A stretch of 62,411 bases of DNA, filler included. It is 10 parts of 10 records of this genome, joined end to end, with 100 filler letters (N's around TTAATTAATTAA, not from the genome) between each part and the next. Parts side by side here need not be neighbours in the genome. Positions count along the whole stretch, not along the records: positions 19,242 to 24,484 come from SRR31147125_72200; positions 24,585 to 31,197 come from SRR31147125_72205; positions 31,298 to 36,863 come from SRR31147125_72225; 7 more parts are not named here. One strand, given 5' to 3'. The notes under the pieces were generated by a model, which did not search any database, was not told the origin of the DNA, and saw nothing but the letters and a program-made list of their open reading frames with translations. Position numbers and translations under genes: made by a program. Below, piece by piece: positions 21,812-31,937 of the stretch; the first letter of the stretch is position 1, and every line of letters begins with the position of its first letter.

Positions 21812-21907
21812 AAAATTACGCCGTTTCCCCACGTGGAACCGGATGAAAAACCGCATCATTGCCCAATCAGCAGGATGCGCTAATACCAATCATTAAAGGA
21901 GAAATGC

Positions 21908-22951
21908 ATGAAACGAATGATCTTACCCATTTTGGGGGTGGCTGCCTTAATCGCTGCATCTGCCGGCCAGGCGGCAGCAGGACCTGTTCTGGACGAAATA
22001 AAAGCCTCTGGCAAAATAATCTGCCTGGTGAATACCAATTCCCCGGGATTCTCCGCCCCTGACAGCAAAGGCGTTTTCCAGGGCTTTAACACCGACTTCG
22101 GCAGAATGGCGGCGGCCGCTATTTTCGGTGATAAGGGAAAAGCGGATATCCGGGGGATCGGCTTCTCCGACAGCATGAAAACCATCGTGGCCAGAAAAGC
22201 CCACATGGCATCCAGAAGCATTACCCGCACAGGCACCAGGGACGCAGATCCGGGGATGGTCTTTGTGGCCACCACATTTTATGACGGACAGGGGTTCATG
22301 GTATCAAATCAGCTGGGTGTCAAATCCGCAGCCGAATTAAACGGGGCCAGCATATGTGCCGAGGAAGGCTCAACCACCCTGCTCAATATTGCCGACTGGT
22401 TTGCCAACCGCAAAATGCGCTATAAGGTTGAGAACATCGGAGATAAAACCGCACGCCTCCAGGCCTTTTATGCCGGAAAATGCGATTGCCTGGCCAGCGA
22501 CCTGACCGCCCTGATATCGGACCGCCAGCTTGCGCCGGACCCAAAGGGATATACCATATTGCCCGAAATTATTTCCAATGAACCCCTGACCCTGGTCTGC
22601 CAGCCGGATCAGGATCTGGAAGCCATCCTCTTCTGGGGCTTTCAGGTCATGCTCACAGCAGATCAATACGGGATTACCTCCGAAAATATCGACACGGTGG
22701 TGAAAGATCTTGCCAGCCAGCCCAAGGCGGTAAAACGGCTTTTCGGAGAAAAAAGCGCCACTGCCGCCATGGCGGAAAAGCTCCAGATTCCTAACAATTG
22801 GGCCTATAATATCATCAAGCAGGTCGGCAGTTACGGAGAGGTTTTTGACCGCCATCTGGGCAAGGATACGCCTTTTAAGCTGGAACGCAAGGGAACCCCC
22901 AATGACTTAAGTTCCCGGGGCGGGCTTATGTACGCCTTCCCCATACGCTGA
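21908..22951 (+). CDS. Amino-acid ABC substrate-binding protein (AapJ/BztA-like)
   Basis: Signal peptide, PGFS, FYDGQGFMV, ISNEPL, IIKQVGSYGE, GGLMYAFPIR. Confidence 0.9.
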   Translation: MKRMILPILGVAALIAASAGQAAAGPVLDEIKASGKIICLVNTNSPGFSAPDSKGVFQGFNTDFGRMAAAAIFGDKGKADIRGIGFSDSMKTIVARKAHMASRSITRTGTRDADPGMVFVATTFYDGQGFMVSNQLGVKSAAELNGASICAEEGSTTLLNIADWFANRKMRYKVENIGDKTARLQAFYAGKCDCLASDLTALISDRQLAPDPKGYTILPEIISNEPLTLVCQPDQDLEAILFWGFQVMLTADQYGITSENIDTVVKDLASQPKAVKRLFGEKSATAAMAEKLQIPNNWAYNIIKQVGSYGEVFDRHLGKDTPFKLERKGTPNDLSSRGGLMYAFPIR

Positions 22952-22961
22952 TCCGTGAACA

Positions 22962-23743
22962 TCAAACGACAATAACCCTTGGGCAGGCCCGGTGATCCCT
23001 TTGGGCCTGCTCGACACACACGATGTTCACCTTGATGCCGTAGACCTGTTCCAAATTGGTTTCACTTAAAACTTCAGGGGGCGTTCCTTGTGCGAATATC
23101 CTGCCCTCCTGCATGAGGATGAGATCATCCATGTATTTTAAGGCCAGGTTCAGGTCATGGATCACCACAAGGCAGATGATCTTTTTTTCCTGTGTCAATG
23201 ACGCCAGAAGATTCATGACCTCGTGCTGGTGCCTGATATCCAGACTGGCCACAGGTTCATCCAGAAGCAGAATATCGGGCTGCTGGACAATGGCCCTGGC
23301 AATCTGAACCTTCTGCTGCTGCCCCCCGCTCAATTGGTTGAATTCCGACATGGCAATCTTTTCAAGCCCCATCCTTATGATGATCTCTTCCACTGCCCTA
23401 TAATCCCGGCGCCGGCTTGTCCAGGAATAATGGGGCCGCCGCCCCATCAAAATCGTATCAAATACAGTTGTGGAAAAACCGTCCGAAAATGTCTGGGGCA
23501 CATAGGCCAGGGTCCGGGCCAGATCCATCTGCCCATACCGGCCAAGGGGGTGTCATTGATATATATGGCGCCGCTCCGGGCTTTCAATATCCTGACAATA
23601 CATTTGACCAGGGTGGTTTTCCCGCTGCCGTTGGGTCCGGTGATCCCCACAAGTTTTGATTCGCCGATCTCAAATCCGATCCCGTCCAATACCGGGGTGG
23701 CGTGATACCCGAACCTCAGGTCCTCTACCCGGAGCATTACCAT
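22962..23743 (-). CDS. Fe-siderophore/cobalamin ABC ATPase (FecE/BtuD-like), frameshift at about 23530
   Basis: GPNGSGKTT in ORF 23447..23743; YVPQ, LSGGQQQ, LLDEP and HDLNLA in ORF 22962..23528. Confidence 0.88.
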
Positions 23744-24484
23744 ATATTGGTTTTCCTCATGATCAGATAAATGAGCAGGGGAACGCCCAGAAACGCCGTT
23801 ACAATTCCCACGGGAAGGGTGACGGGGGATAAAAGGGTCCGGGCCGCCAAGTCGGATACGATGAGCAGTACGGCACTGGTCAATGCGGCGCAGGGAATGA
23901 GAATCCTATTGTCTGAACCGATGATGATCCTGCAGATATGGGGCGCCAAAAGGCCCACAAATCCGATCACCCCTGAAAACGAAACAATCCCCGACACCAT
24001 AAGGGCGCATACCAGCATTAATGTCATTCTCAGCCGTTTCACCCGGATCCCCATGCTGACGGCGGAATCATCCCCCATATTCAATATGTTCAGGTCATTG
24101 AGTTTATACAGGAGAAAAGGCAGACAAAGGGCCATCAAGGCCGCAACCAGACCGATATGGTCCCAGGTTGCCCGCCCCAGATCCCCAACGGACCAGAACA
24201 TGGCGCTTTTGGCCGCATCGGAATCAGCCACATATAATAAAAACGTATTGGCGGCCTGGAAAAGCAGATTCATGGCCACACCGATAAGTACGATGATTTC
24301 CGGCCGGGATCCCCTCCGGCTGGAAATGCCCAGGATGACAAGGGTGCATATTACGGCAAAAACAAAAGCGTTGCCCACTGTCAAAAACGGCCCGCCCATA
24401 AGGCCCCGGCCGAAGATAATGGCAATGGAGGCCCCAAAGGCGGCAGAAGATGAAATCCCCAGCATATAGGGATCGGCCAGGGGA
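23737..24484 (-). CDS. FecCD/BtuC family ABC permease (5'-truncated)
   Basis: PLADPYMLGISS, GDDSAVSMG, GVIGFVGLLAPH, PVGIVTAFLGVP. Confidence 0.92.
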
Positions 24485-24584
24485 NNNNNNNNNNNNNNNN
24501 NNNNNNNNNNNNNNNNNNNNNNNNNNNNTTAATTAATTAANNNNNNNNNNNNNNNNNNNNNNNNNNNNNNNNNNNNNNNNNNNN

Positions 24585-24873
24585 ACTGCATATGCGTGTT
24601 CCCGGTAATGGCGAAGGGGGACCGACCATCGAACTGTTCCAATATGACAACGCGGCCGAGGGTATCCGCACCGCAGCCAATACACCGGGATTTTCTCATA
24701 TTGCATTTGCCGTGGATGATGTGTGGGAGATGTCCCGGAAAATTCTGGCGCATGGCGGTTCGCAGGTTGGTGAAGTCACTGAGCGGGAGATCGTGGGTGC
24801 AGGAAGTATTGTATTTCAGTATCTCAGAGATCCGGAGGGAAATATTCTGGAAATTCAGAAGTGGGAATCATGA
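24585..24873 (+). CDS. VOC/glyoxalase family protein (5'-truncated)
   Basis: IELFQY, GFSHIAFAVDDV, YLRDPEGNILEIQ. Confidence 0.88.
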
Positions 24874-25433
24874 AAAAGCTATTCAAGCGCGGGTCAGCTA
24901 AAGAGCCGCGTTCCCAAAAAGGGGTGGTACATAAAAACCTCGAGAGCATCCCGGAGGAAATCCGTACTGAGGGAATAGAGCAATTCTGCATGAATCGTAA
25001 GCTCCTCCCCTGGGAAAAGCTTCGGACACAGCTGGAAACCATCTTGCAGCAGGAACGATTAACAGCTCTGGGCGGTATTTTACTTAAAGCGGGGATAGAA
25101 AATGATATATTTCACCTCGGTATCATCCCCAATTTTCTTGAAGGGGAGCGCGGGTATCATCACGATATCCACCTGAAACATGAGACCGAGCTGACTCTGA
25201 TCGGTGGGATAAGTGCCGGCAGGGAGTTGTCGCTGCTGTTTAAATGTCTGGAAATGGACGATGTAAAACGTGCTGACTACCGAAAAGGGTACCGGGTGTT
25301 GTCGCGCATCATCGCACTGGCTGCTGACCCTGAAACCATCACCCTGGATTGGATTACCACCCACATTATCGAGGATCAGAAGATAACTTCATCGGTCCAC
25401 GCCAGTCTGCGGGATCTTATGAATCTGGAGTAG
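24870..25433 (+). CDS. Hypothetical protein
   Basis: 187-aa ORF with ATGA overlap to the VOC gene; no motif recognised. Confidence 0.65.
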   Translation: MKKLFKRGSAKEPRSQKGVVHKNLESIPEEIRTEGIEQFCMNRKLLPWEKLRTQLETILQQERLTALGGILLKAGIENDIFHLGIIPNFLEGERGYHHDIHLKHETELTLIGGISAGRELSLLFKCLEMDDVKRADYRKGYRVLSRIIALAADPETITLDWITTHIIEDQKITSSVHASLRDLMNLE

Positions 25434-25537
25434 GTGAAACGAATTCATATACGGATAGCCTAACCATCAATCTATAATCTTTTATATATACAGCAGATAT
25501 GCTAATCTGAACCAGACATCATCACAAGGAGATTCTT

Positions 25538-25873
25538 ATGGACCATGGACCGGCTGTTCAACAGCATGAAGATCCGGCAGTTTCGGAATTCAAAACAAAA
25601 ATAGGAATTCGCTTTTTTGCCATTTACGGAATCATTTTCGCCGGGTTTGTATTGATTAATACATTCGCACCCAAGCTGATGAAAGTGAAAGTCATTTTCG
25701 GCCTGAATCTTGCCGTTACATACGGCTTCTGCCTGATTCTGATCGCTATTATCATGGGACTGGTTTATAATGCCGTCTGCACAAAGAAAGAGAGGGAAGC
25801 GGACGAAAGAGCTGCCGCTGCCGCTGGGAAAGGCGCCGGACCCACGCAGACAAATGACGGGGGTGAAGCATGA
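25538..25873 (+). CDS. DUF485 (YjcH-like) small membrane protein
   Basis: Two TMs, directly upstream of and overlapping actP; AGGAG RBS. Confidence 0.85.
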   Translation: MDHGPAVQQHEDPAVSEFKTKIGIRFFAIYGIIFAGFVLINTFAPKLMKVKVIFGLNLAVTYGFCLILIAIIMGLVYNAVCTKKEREADERAAAAAGKGAGPTQTNDGGEA

Positions 25874-27765
25874 TTTATACCCCATCAATCCTTGCAACTA
25901 TTCTATTTTCGGTTATTGTACTCACAGTTATTGGAATTTCGATCTACTTTTCCCGCCAGTCAAGTTCTTCAAAAGGCTATTTCGCGGCCGGTGGAACAAT
26001 CCCCTGGTCGGTAAACGGCATCGCATTTGCCGGTGATTATCTCTCGGCGGCATCATTTCTGGGAATCTGCGGCATGATCGCGGTAGCCGGATACGACGGA
26101 TTTCTCTACTCCATCGGGTATCTTGCCGGTTGGATTGTGGCACTTTTTGTCATTGCCGAACCGCTTAAACGGTTGGGTAAGTACACGTTTGCCGATGCAC
26201 TGGATTCCAAGTTCAACTATCCCGGTATCAGGTTAATCGCCGGAATCAGTACGCTGGTTGTATCAGTTTTTTATCTGATTCCGCAGATGGTCGGAGCCGG
26301 TGCTCTGGTTACACCACTGCTTGGATTTCCGCACTATGTGGGAGTTATCGGAGTAGGAGCAATCGTAATCTTTATCGTGGCTACGGCCGGAATGAAGGCC
26401 ACCACATATGTACAGTTTATTAAGGGCGCTCTGCTTATAGTATTCTCACTGGTGCTGGTAATATCGATTCTGAATCGAGGCGTTTCGACAACTCCTTCGG
26501 ATGATTATCATGAATTCCTGACACTGAACGGGACTGTCAGCGGTGGTGCAGTAACTGCCGTTGAAGAGGCTGGATATACGGTAACCGGGTCATACGATAC
26601 CGGTAAATATCAGTTTGTCCGAACAGAGCATGCGGGAATCGAACGCTGGTGGCAGGTTGAGATTGATGGAACCAACGCAGTGTTGCAGGAAACGCTGTCG
26701 GTAGTACAAGCTGGCGGGAAAACGCTTTACAATGGTGAACCGAAGGAAGCAGAAGCTTTTTATCCTGTCGGACATATGAGCACAATCATCGTGGACGGTG
26801 AGGAAGTTGATAAAACCGGACCGCTTGGACCATTTGAATATTTGGAAACGATTGAAAGCAGCCAAGTAGTTAGATTCACCAAGAGCTATTTTCATTTTGA
26901 GGATGATTATGTACAGCTCTGGTCACAGGATGTGACTGAGGGCAGTGACCTGATGCGCCCTGGATTGAAGTTCAAGGTTGATGAGGGATCCACACCGCTG
27001 TCAAAAATCAACTTCGTTTCGCTGATGATTGCCCTGTTCTTCGGGACGGCAGCACTGCCGCATGTACTGATCCGCTATTACACCGTTCCATCACCGCGGG
27101 ACGCACGAAAATCTACCATTCTGGCGATAGCCGCGATTGGATTTTTCTACATTCTGACGATGTACATTGGTTTCGGGGCTATGGTGAATGGGGTTATCGA
27201 TGTGCAGAGCAGTAACATGAGTGCGCCGCTGCTGGCGAAGGCTTTCGGACTGTTCCTCTTCTCCGTCATCTCTGCTATTGCGTTTGCGACAGTACTTGGA
27301 ACGGTTTCCGGGCTGATCGTGGCAGCCTCAGGTGCGGTCGCGCACGATATGATGAAGAGTCTATTCCGTCATAAGAAGATTTCGGATTCCACACGTGTCG
27401 TAATCGGCAAGGTTTCGGCGGTTTCGGTTGGGGTCATTGCTATCGCGCTGGGAATTCTGTTCAAGGGAATGAATGTATCCTTCCTGGTGGGCTGGGCATT
27501 TGCCATTGCGGCTTCGGCCAACTTTCCGGCCATCATCATGATGCTGTTCTGGAAGAAGACCACTGCCAAAGGTATTGTCGCGTCGGTTCTGGTTGGTATG
27601 GTTTCCGCGCTGGTTATCATCCTGATGTCGCCAAGTATGATGGAACGTTACGGACTGGCTGCCGATAAAGCGCTGCTGGGACTAGATAATCCGGCCCTGA
27701 TTTCGATTCCATTGAGCTTTCTGACGCTTATTATTGTTTCATTGATTACAAAGAAAAAGGATTAG
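25870..27765 (+). CDS. actP: Cation/acetate symporter (SSS family) with a large soluble insertion
   Basis: NGIAFAGDYLSAASFLGI, AEPLKRLGKYT, YLIPQMVGAG, GTAALPHVLIRYYTVP, AASANFP. Confidence 0.88.
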   Translation: MIYTPSILATILFSVIVLTVIGISIYFSRQSSSSKGYFAAGGTIPWSVNGIAFAGDYLSAASFLGICGMIAVAGYDGFLYSIGYLAGWIVALFVIAEPLKRLGKYTFADALDSKFNYPGIRLIAGISTLVVSVFYLIPQMVGAGALVTPLLGFPHYVGVIGVGAIVIFIVATAGMKATTYVQFIKGALLIVFSLVLVISILNRGVSTTPSDDYHEFLTLNGTVSGGAVTAVEEAGYTVTGSYDTGKYQFVRTEHAGIERWWQVEIDGTNAVLQETLSVVQAGGKTLYNGEPKEAEAFYPVGHMSTIIVDGEEVDKTGPLGPFEYLETIESSQVVRFTKSYFHFEDDYVQLWSQDVTEGSDLMRPGLKFKVDEGSTPLSKINFVSLMIALFFGTAALPHVLIRYYTVPSPRDARKSTILAIAAIGFFYILTMYIGFGAMVNGVIDVQSSNMSAPLLAKAFGLFLFSVISAIAFATVLGTVSGLIVAASGAVAHDMMKSLFRHKKISDSTRVVIGKVSAVSVGVIAIALGILFKGMNVSFLVGWAFAIAASANFPAIIMMLFWKKTTAKGIVASVLVGMVSALVIILMSPSMMERYGLAADKALLGLDNPALISIPLSFLTLIIVSLITKKKD

Positions 27766-27824
27766 TAAAACAGGTGCCTGGTATTTGAGTATTCGAGTAC
27801 CTGTGCACTAGTATATGAAATTAT

Positions 27825-29090
27825 ATGCCCTATTTTACCTATAACGATTCACAGATTTTTTACCGTGAGGCAGATTCTCAGGTCTCCGGTAAGGAGGACA
27901 GTACTCCGCTGCTCATCATACTTCCTGGGAATACCGCTTCATCTGTCTGCCATCAAGGTGAGTTGGATTATTTCTGCAAACAATTTCATACTGTGGCTTT
28001 GGATTTTCCCGGTACTGGTCTTTCATCCAGGATCGCGATTGATCCTGCTGGCTGGTGGCAGGTCTGTACGGAGTCGGTAATTGCCCTGGCCGATCATCTG
28101 GGAGTGCAGAAGTGTATGGTAATGGGGACCAGCGGCGGCGGTGTAGTGGCATTGCGTTGTGCTGTGGCATACCCGGAACGCATACAGATGGTCGTGGCTG
28201 ACAGCTGTGTCAGACGATTTGACCCGCAGCAGCTGCGTAAAGAGGTTGCCGGACGCGGACGTATGACGGATGATCAGGTTGGATTCTGGCAATTTGCTCA
28301 AGGGGATAACTGGAAACAGGTGATTGAATTTGATAATAAAGTTCTGCTGTCTGCCGCCGATCAGGGCGGTGATTTGATTGGCGGAAAATTGTCGGATATT
28401 GCCTGTCCGGTTTTGCTGACCGGCAGCCTGCAGGATTCATCCCTTCCCGATTACGAATTACAGGTGCAGGAGATGGCGGACGCTATTCCCGATTGTCGGG
28501 TTTGGAATGAAAAAGCTGGCGATCATCCCTATATGTGGACACGTCCGGAGCAGTTCAGACAGGCGTGTGACGAGTTTTTATCGGCTGCATTGTTGATTTC
28601 GAATCCAGAACTGCACATTATTGAGAATCCGAGTACAAACCAAATTGAAGCCCTCCGAAAAAAGCTCATTGCCTATAATGTGTCCCATTCATCTATAGCG
28701 GAAAGCAGAGATGTTCTAATTGAACTACGTACCGATAAATATCCTGCCGATGTAGATTCGCTTAGTGGTGGTATCAAGGGCACTATATGGGGAACATGTC
28801 TTGAGATAAGTTTTCTGGTCGTGGATGAAGATCATAATGGTCTTGGACACGGGGTTGCCTTGCTACATTCGCTTGAGGATTATGCCATATCACAGGGTTG
28901 CACACAGGTTGTTCTGGATACATTTTCATTTCAGGCACCGGAATTCTACAAAAAACACGGATATACAGTTATCGGTCATATTCCCGGATACCCTGATGGC
29001 GGTGGATACTATATTTTCAGAAAAATATTATCTGACGGGAAAGCGGGAGCGTGTACGGGAGCGTGTACGGGAGCGGGAGATTCACAATGA
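27825..29090 (+). CDS. Alpha/beta-hydrolase (Ser nucleophile) fused to a C-terminal GNAT acetyltransferase
   Basis: LPG oxyanion region, DFPGTG, GTSGGG, D and H(PY); then GLGHG..LL and DTFSFQAPEFYKKHGY. Confidence 0.8.
   Translation: MPYFTYNDSQIFYREADSQVSGKEDSTPLLIILPGNTASSVCHQGELDYFCKQFHTVALDFPGTGLSSRIAIDPAGWWQVCTESVIALADHLGVQKCMVMGTSGGGVVALRCAVAYPERIQMVVADSCVRRFDPQQLRKEVAGRGRMTDDQVGFWQFAQGDNWKQVIEFDNKVLLSAADQGGDLIGGKLSDIACPVLLTGSLQDSSLPDYELQVQEMADAIPDCRVWNEKAGDHPYMWTRPEQFRQACDEFLSAALLISNPELHIIENPSTNQIEALRKKLIAYNVSHSSIAESRDVLIELRTDKYPADVDSLSGGIKGTIWGTCLEISFLVVDEDHNGLGHGVALLHSLEDYAISQGCTQVVLDTFSFQAPEFYKKHGYTVIGHIPGYPDGGGYYIFRKILSDGKAGACTGACTGAGDSQ
29044..29075 (+). repeat. 12-bp tandem repeat (CGGGAGCGTGTA, about 2.7 copies)
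   Basis: Seen directly; encodes the GACT-GACT tail of the fusion protein just before the crcB RBS. Confidence 0.85.
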
Positions 29091-29482
29091 TTAAAGTATT
29101 ACTAGTAGGGGCAGGCGGCTTTCTGGGAGCAGTGTTCAGATATGGGCTAGGGTCGCTGATCACGCGTATTGCCGGTGAGTCACAATTGCCTGCCGGTACC
29201 CTGATTGTGAATATTATGGGATGTTTTCTCATTGGTATTCTCTCTCATGCAGCTGAAACTGCAGCCTGGTTTACAGCCGAAATGCGGCTGCTACTGCTGG
29301 TTGGTCTGCTCGGAGCTTTTACCACCTATTCTACTTTCAGCAATGAAGCCTACGGTCTATTCACCGGGCAGAAGACGGGATATGCGCTGCTTTATCTGGC
29401 GCTGCATATTGTTCTGGGTCTGGGAGCCGTCTGGTTGGGACGTTTATCGTCTGTCGGATTGCTGAGGCTGGCTCAAGCCTGA
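29087..29482 (+). CDS. crcB: Fluoride efflux channel Fluc
   Basis: GGFLGAVFRY, GTLIVNIMGCFLIG, GLLGAFTTYSTFSNE; ATGA overlap with the upstream gene. Confidence 0.95.
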   Translation: MIKVLLVGAGGFLGAVFRYGLGSLITRIAGESQLPAGTLIVNIMGCFLIGILSHAAETAAWFTAEMRLLLLVGLLGAFTTYSTFSNEAYGLFTGQKTGYALLYLALHIVLGLGAVWLGRLSSVGLLRLAQA

Positions 29483-29635
29483 AAAATAAAGGTGATCAGT
29501 TTACGGTTAATTGTTCGCAGTACCTACCTGTAAATATACTAAATACCGCTATCTGCATACCAGTATACGTCTGATTTATGATATAATACTCTTTATTAAC
29601 TCACTACTAACTAAGAGAATTTCAGGAGCAGATAT

Positions 29636-31006
29636 ATGCGTAAAATCGGTGATATTCCAACCACTAAGCAGGATCTTGACAGATATGAAATTGAAAACAT
29701 CTACCACTCCTGGTCCTATCAGCCTGGCGCGGCACCTTTGCGAGTGACCGGAGCCAAGGGGATGCGGTTTACCACGGAGGATGGTCGGGAACGGCTCGAT
29801 TTCAGCTCCTGTTTTGTCAGCCACAATATCGGACATGGGGATCAGCGTGTAATCGACGCGATTAGTCGGCAGGCCAATAGCCTGGCTTCATTTGCTCCGA
29901 CCATGTCGAATGAGCCGCGAGCCGTTCTGGGAAAGATTCTTGAGCGGGTTACTCCAGGAGATTTAAGTAAGTCCTTTATCTCGCTGGGAGGAACAGAGGC
30001 CAATGAGACATCAATCAAGATTTGCCAGCAGTATACCGGCAAACGCAAAATAATCGGGCGTTACCGCAGTTACCACGGCGGAACCGGTGCTTCAATGTCG
30101 GTCTCAGCCGGCGATCCCCGCAGCTGGGCAGCAGTTACCGGAGGGACGGAGGTTGCTGCCGTGCCGCAGCCCTACTGTTACCGCTGCATGTTCGGACAGA
30201 AATATCCTGAATGCGAAATGCAGTGCGTGAAATATCTGGAAGAGGTGATTCAGCTGGAAGGCGGTAGTGATACGGTAGCCGGTATTATCTGTGAAACTAT
30301 AACCGGAGCAAACGGTGTCATTGTACCGCCGCCTGAGTACTACCCCATGCTGCGTGATGTATGCGACCGCTACGGTATGCTGCTGATGGTGGATGAGGTG
30401 ATGGTAGGATTCGGACGTACCGGGGAATGGTTTGCCATTGACCACTGGGATGTTGTGCCCGATATCATGGCAATGGCCAAGGGGCTTACTTCAGGGTATG
30501 TACCGCTTGGAGCAACAATTGCACGCAAACATATTGGAGAGCGCTTTTCCGAGACAATGTTCAGTCATGGGGCAACCTATGCAGGGCATGCCCTGGGATG
30601 TGCCGCGGCTAATGAAGTTATCAGAATTTATGAGACAGACAACCTGATCGTGAACGCGGCTAAGTTGGGAGACTATCTGATGGAAAAGAGTCTTGAGCTG
30701 CAGGAAAAGCATCCCATTATCGGCGATGTGCGTGGGAAAGGCTTGTTTGTCGGATTGGAACTGGTGAAAAACCGCAAGACAAAAGAGCCTTTGATTCCCA
30801 TCGATGCTAAGATCAGGAAAGGATTGAATCCAAAACTTGAGCTGGCGAAAAAACTGGTCGAACTGGGGATGATTGCCATGGCAGCTAATCCCAGCAATGT
30901 GGTGGCAATGGCCCCGCCTTTGATTGCGACCAAAGATGATATTGATGAAGGTGTCGCCATCATGGATGAAGCCTTGCAGGTGATAGATCGGTACGCGGAA
31001 GAATAG
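29636..31006 (+). CDS. Class III PLP aminotransferase (omega-amine/taurine-pyruvate-like)
   Basis: GGTEANE, SYHG, DEVMVGFGRTG, MAKGLTSGYVPLG, DVRGKGL. Confidence 0.92.
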   Translation: MRKIGDIPTTKQDLDRYEIENIYHSWSYQPGAAPLRVTGAKGMRFTTEDGRERLDFSSCFVSHNIGHGDQRVIDAISRQANSLASFAPTMSNEPRAVLGKILERVTPGDLSKSFISLGGTEANETSIKICQQYTGKRKIIGRYRSYHGGTGASMSVSAGDPRSWAAVTGGTEVAAVPQPYCYRCMFGQKYPECEMQCVKYLEEVIQLEGGSDTVAGIICETITGANGVIVPPPEYYPMLRDVCDRYGMLLMVDEVMVGFGRTGEWFAIDHWDVVPDIMAMAKGLTSGYVPLGATIARKHIGERFSETMFSHGATYAGHALGCAAANEVIRIYETDNLIVNAAKLGDYLMEKSLELQEKHPIIGDVRGKGLFVGLELVKNRKTKEPLIPIDAKIRKGLNPKLELAKKLVELGMIAMAANPSNVVAMAPPLIATKDDIDEGVAIMDEALQVIDRYAEE

Positions 31007-31297
31007 TTTAGGGAATTTTCTAGAAAATTATGTTAACGATAATTTCTGTTAGCTACAAAATTTAATTTTACATTTCTCCAGAATACTTCTTTGATAATAG
31101 TCCTATCGGCGTTCAATATACGGATTCACTCACTCATTCTTGGTAATACTTCCTTTTATTGTGTACGCTATTTTTATTACTATATACTAACAGAAAANNN
31201 NNNNNNNNNNNNNNNNNNNNNNNNNNNNNNNNNNNNNNNNNTTAATTAATTAANNNNNNNNNNNNNNNNNNNNNNNNNNNNNNNNNNNNNNNNNNNN

Positions 31298-31439
31298 CCG
31301 CAACCAGGACCCATACTTCATCCAAATTAGCCTGCACATCGTCGGCAGTCGTTGCCGGTTCATCCGCTGCGAACGCAGTAGAAGCCATTGCCAACGTCAG
31401 CAGCACTATGAATCCGATAATAAAAATTTTCTTTTTCAT
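31298..31439 (-). CDS. amt: Ammonium transporter, N-terminal fragment
   Basis: Signal peptide, then NLDEVWVLVA (TM1 start); lies downstream of PII; AGGAGG RBS. Confidence 0.7.
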
Positions 31440-31495
31440 TATAACCTCCTGTTTAAACTTTATTATACTAATTGATACAAATAAACTTTTGATAG

Positions 31496-31560
31496 AAAAA
31501 AACCGACTACTATAAAGCACAGAAATAGTGCCTTTAAGCGTTCGGTTCTACATCGAGCCG
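31496..31560 (-). terminator. Intrinsic terminator between PII and amt, overlapped by a hexaloop hairpin (ANTAR-like attenuator)
   Basis: Minus strand: CGGCTC-GATGTA-GAACCG, whose 3' arm is the 5' arm of AACCGA..TAAAGGCAC..GTGCTTTA..TCGGTT-TTTTT. Confidence 0.65.
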
Positions 31561-31580
31561 TTTATATTTGTTTTTGCTGA

Positions 31581-31919
31581 CTACAGCGCTTTATCGCCGC
31601 TCTCTCCTGTACGCACTCTTATTGCGTCATCAATCGGTATGACGAATATTTTACCATCGCCGACCTCACCTGTTCTTATGCCTTCGCTTACTTTTGTCAC
31701 GACACATTCTACTAAACTGTCTGGCACAACCACTTCAATTTTAATTTTATGCAGTAATGTGATATACATCTCTGCACCCCTGTAATGCTCTGTTTTACCC
31801 TTTTGAGCGCCTGCTCCCATAACCTGAGAAACAGTCAGTCCTCCTGCGCCGCACTCTTCAACGATTTCTTTTACATGCTCCATCGTTTCCGGCCGCACAA
31901 TCAATTCAATTTTCTTCAT
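31581..31919 (-). CDS. glnB: PII nitrogen regulatory protein (GlnB/GlnK)
   Basis: MKKIE.IVRP, QKG..EHYRG (Tyr51), GEVGDGKIFV, RVRTGE; 112 aa. Confidence 0.95.
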   Translation of the reverse strand: MKKIELIVRPETMEHVKEIVEECGAGGLTVSQVMGAGAQKGKTEHYRGAEMYITLLHKIKIEVVVPDSLVECVVTKVSEGIRTGEVGDGKIFVIPIDDAIRVRTGESGDKAL

Positions 31920-31937
31920 GGCATTTCCCTCCAATTC

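Noticed and set aside
27825-28600. Fluoroacetate dehalogenase call for the hydrolase
   Set aside because: The nucleophile elbow is GTSGG (Ser), not the Asp-Arg type (GHDRG).
27766-29086. Fluoride riboswitch upstream of crcB
   Set aside because: No GGCGATGG-type aptamer core was recognised in the 59-bp gap before the hydrolase, and crcB overlaps the upstream CDS.
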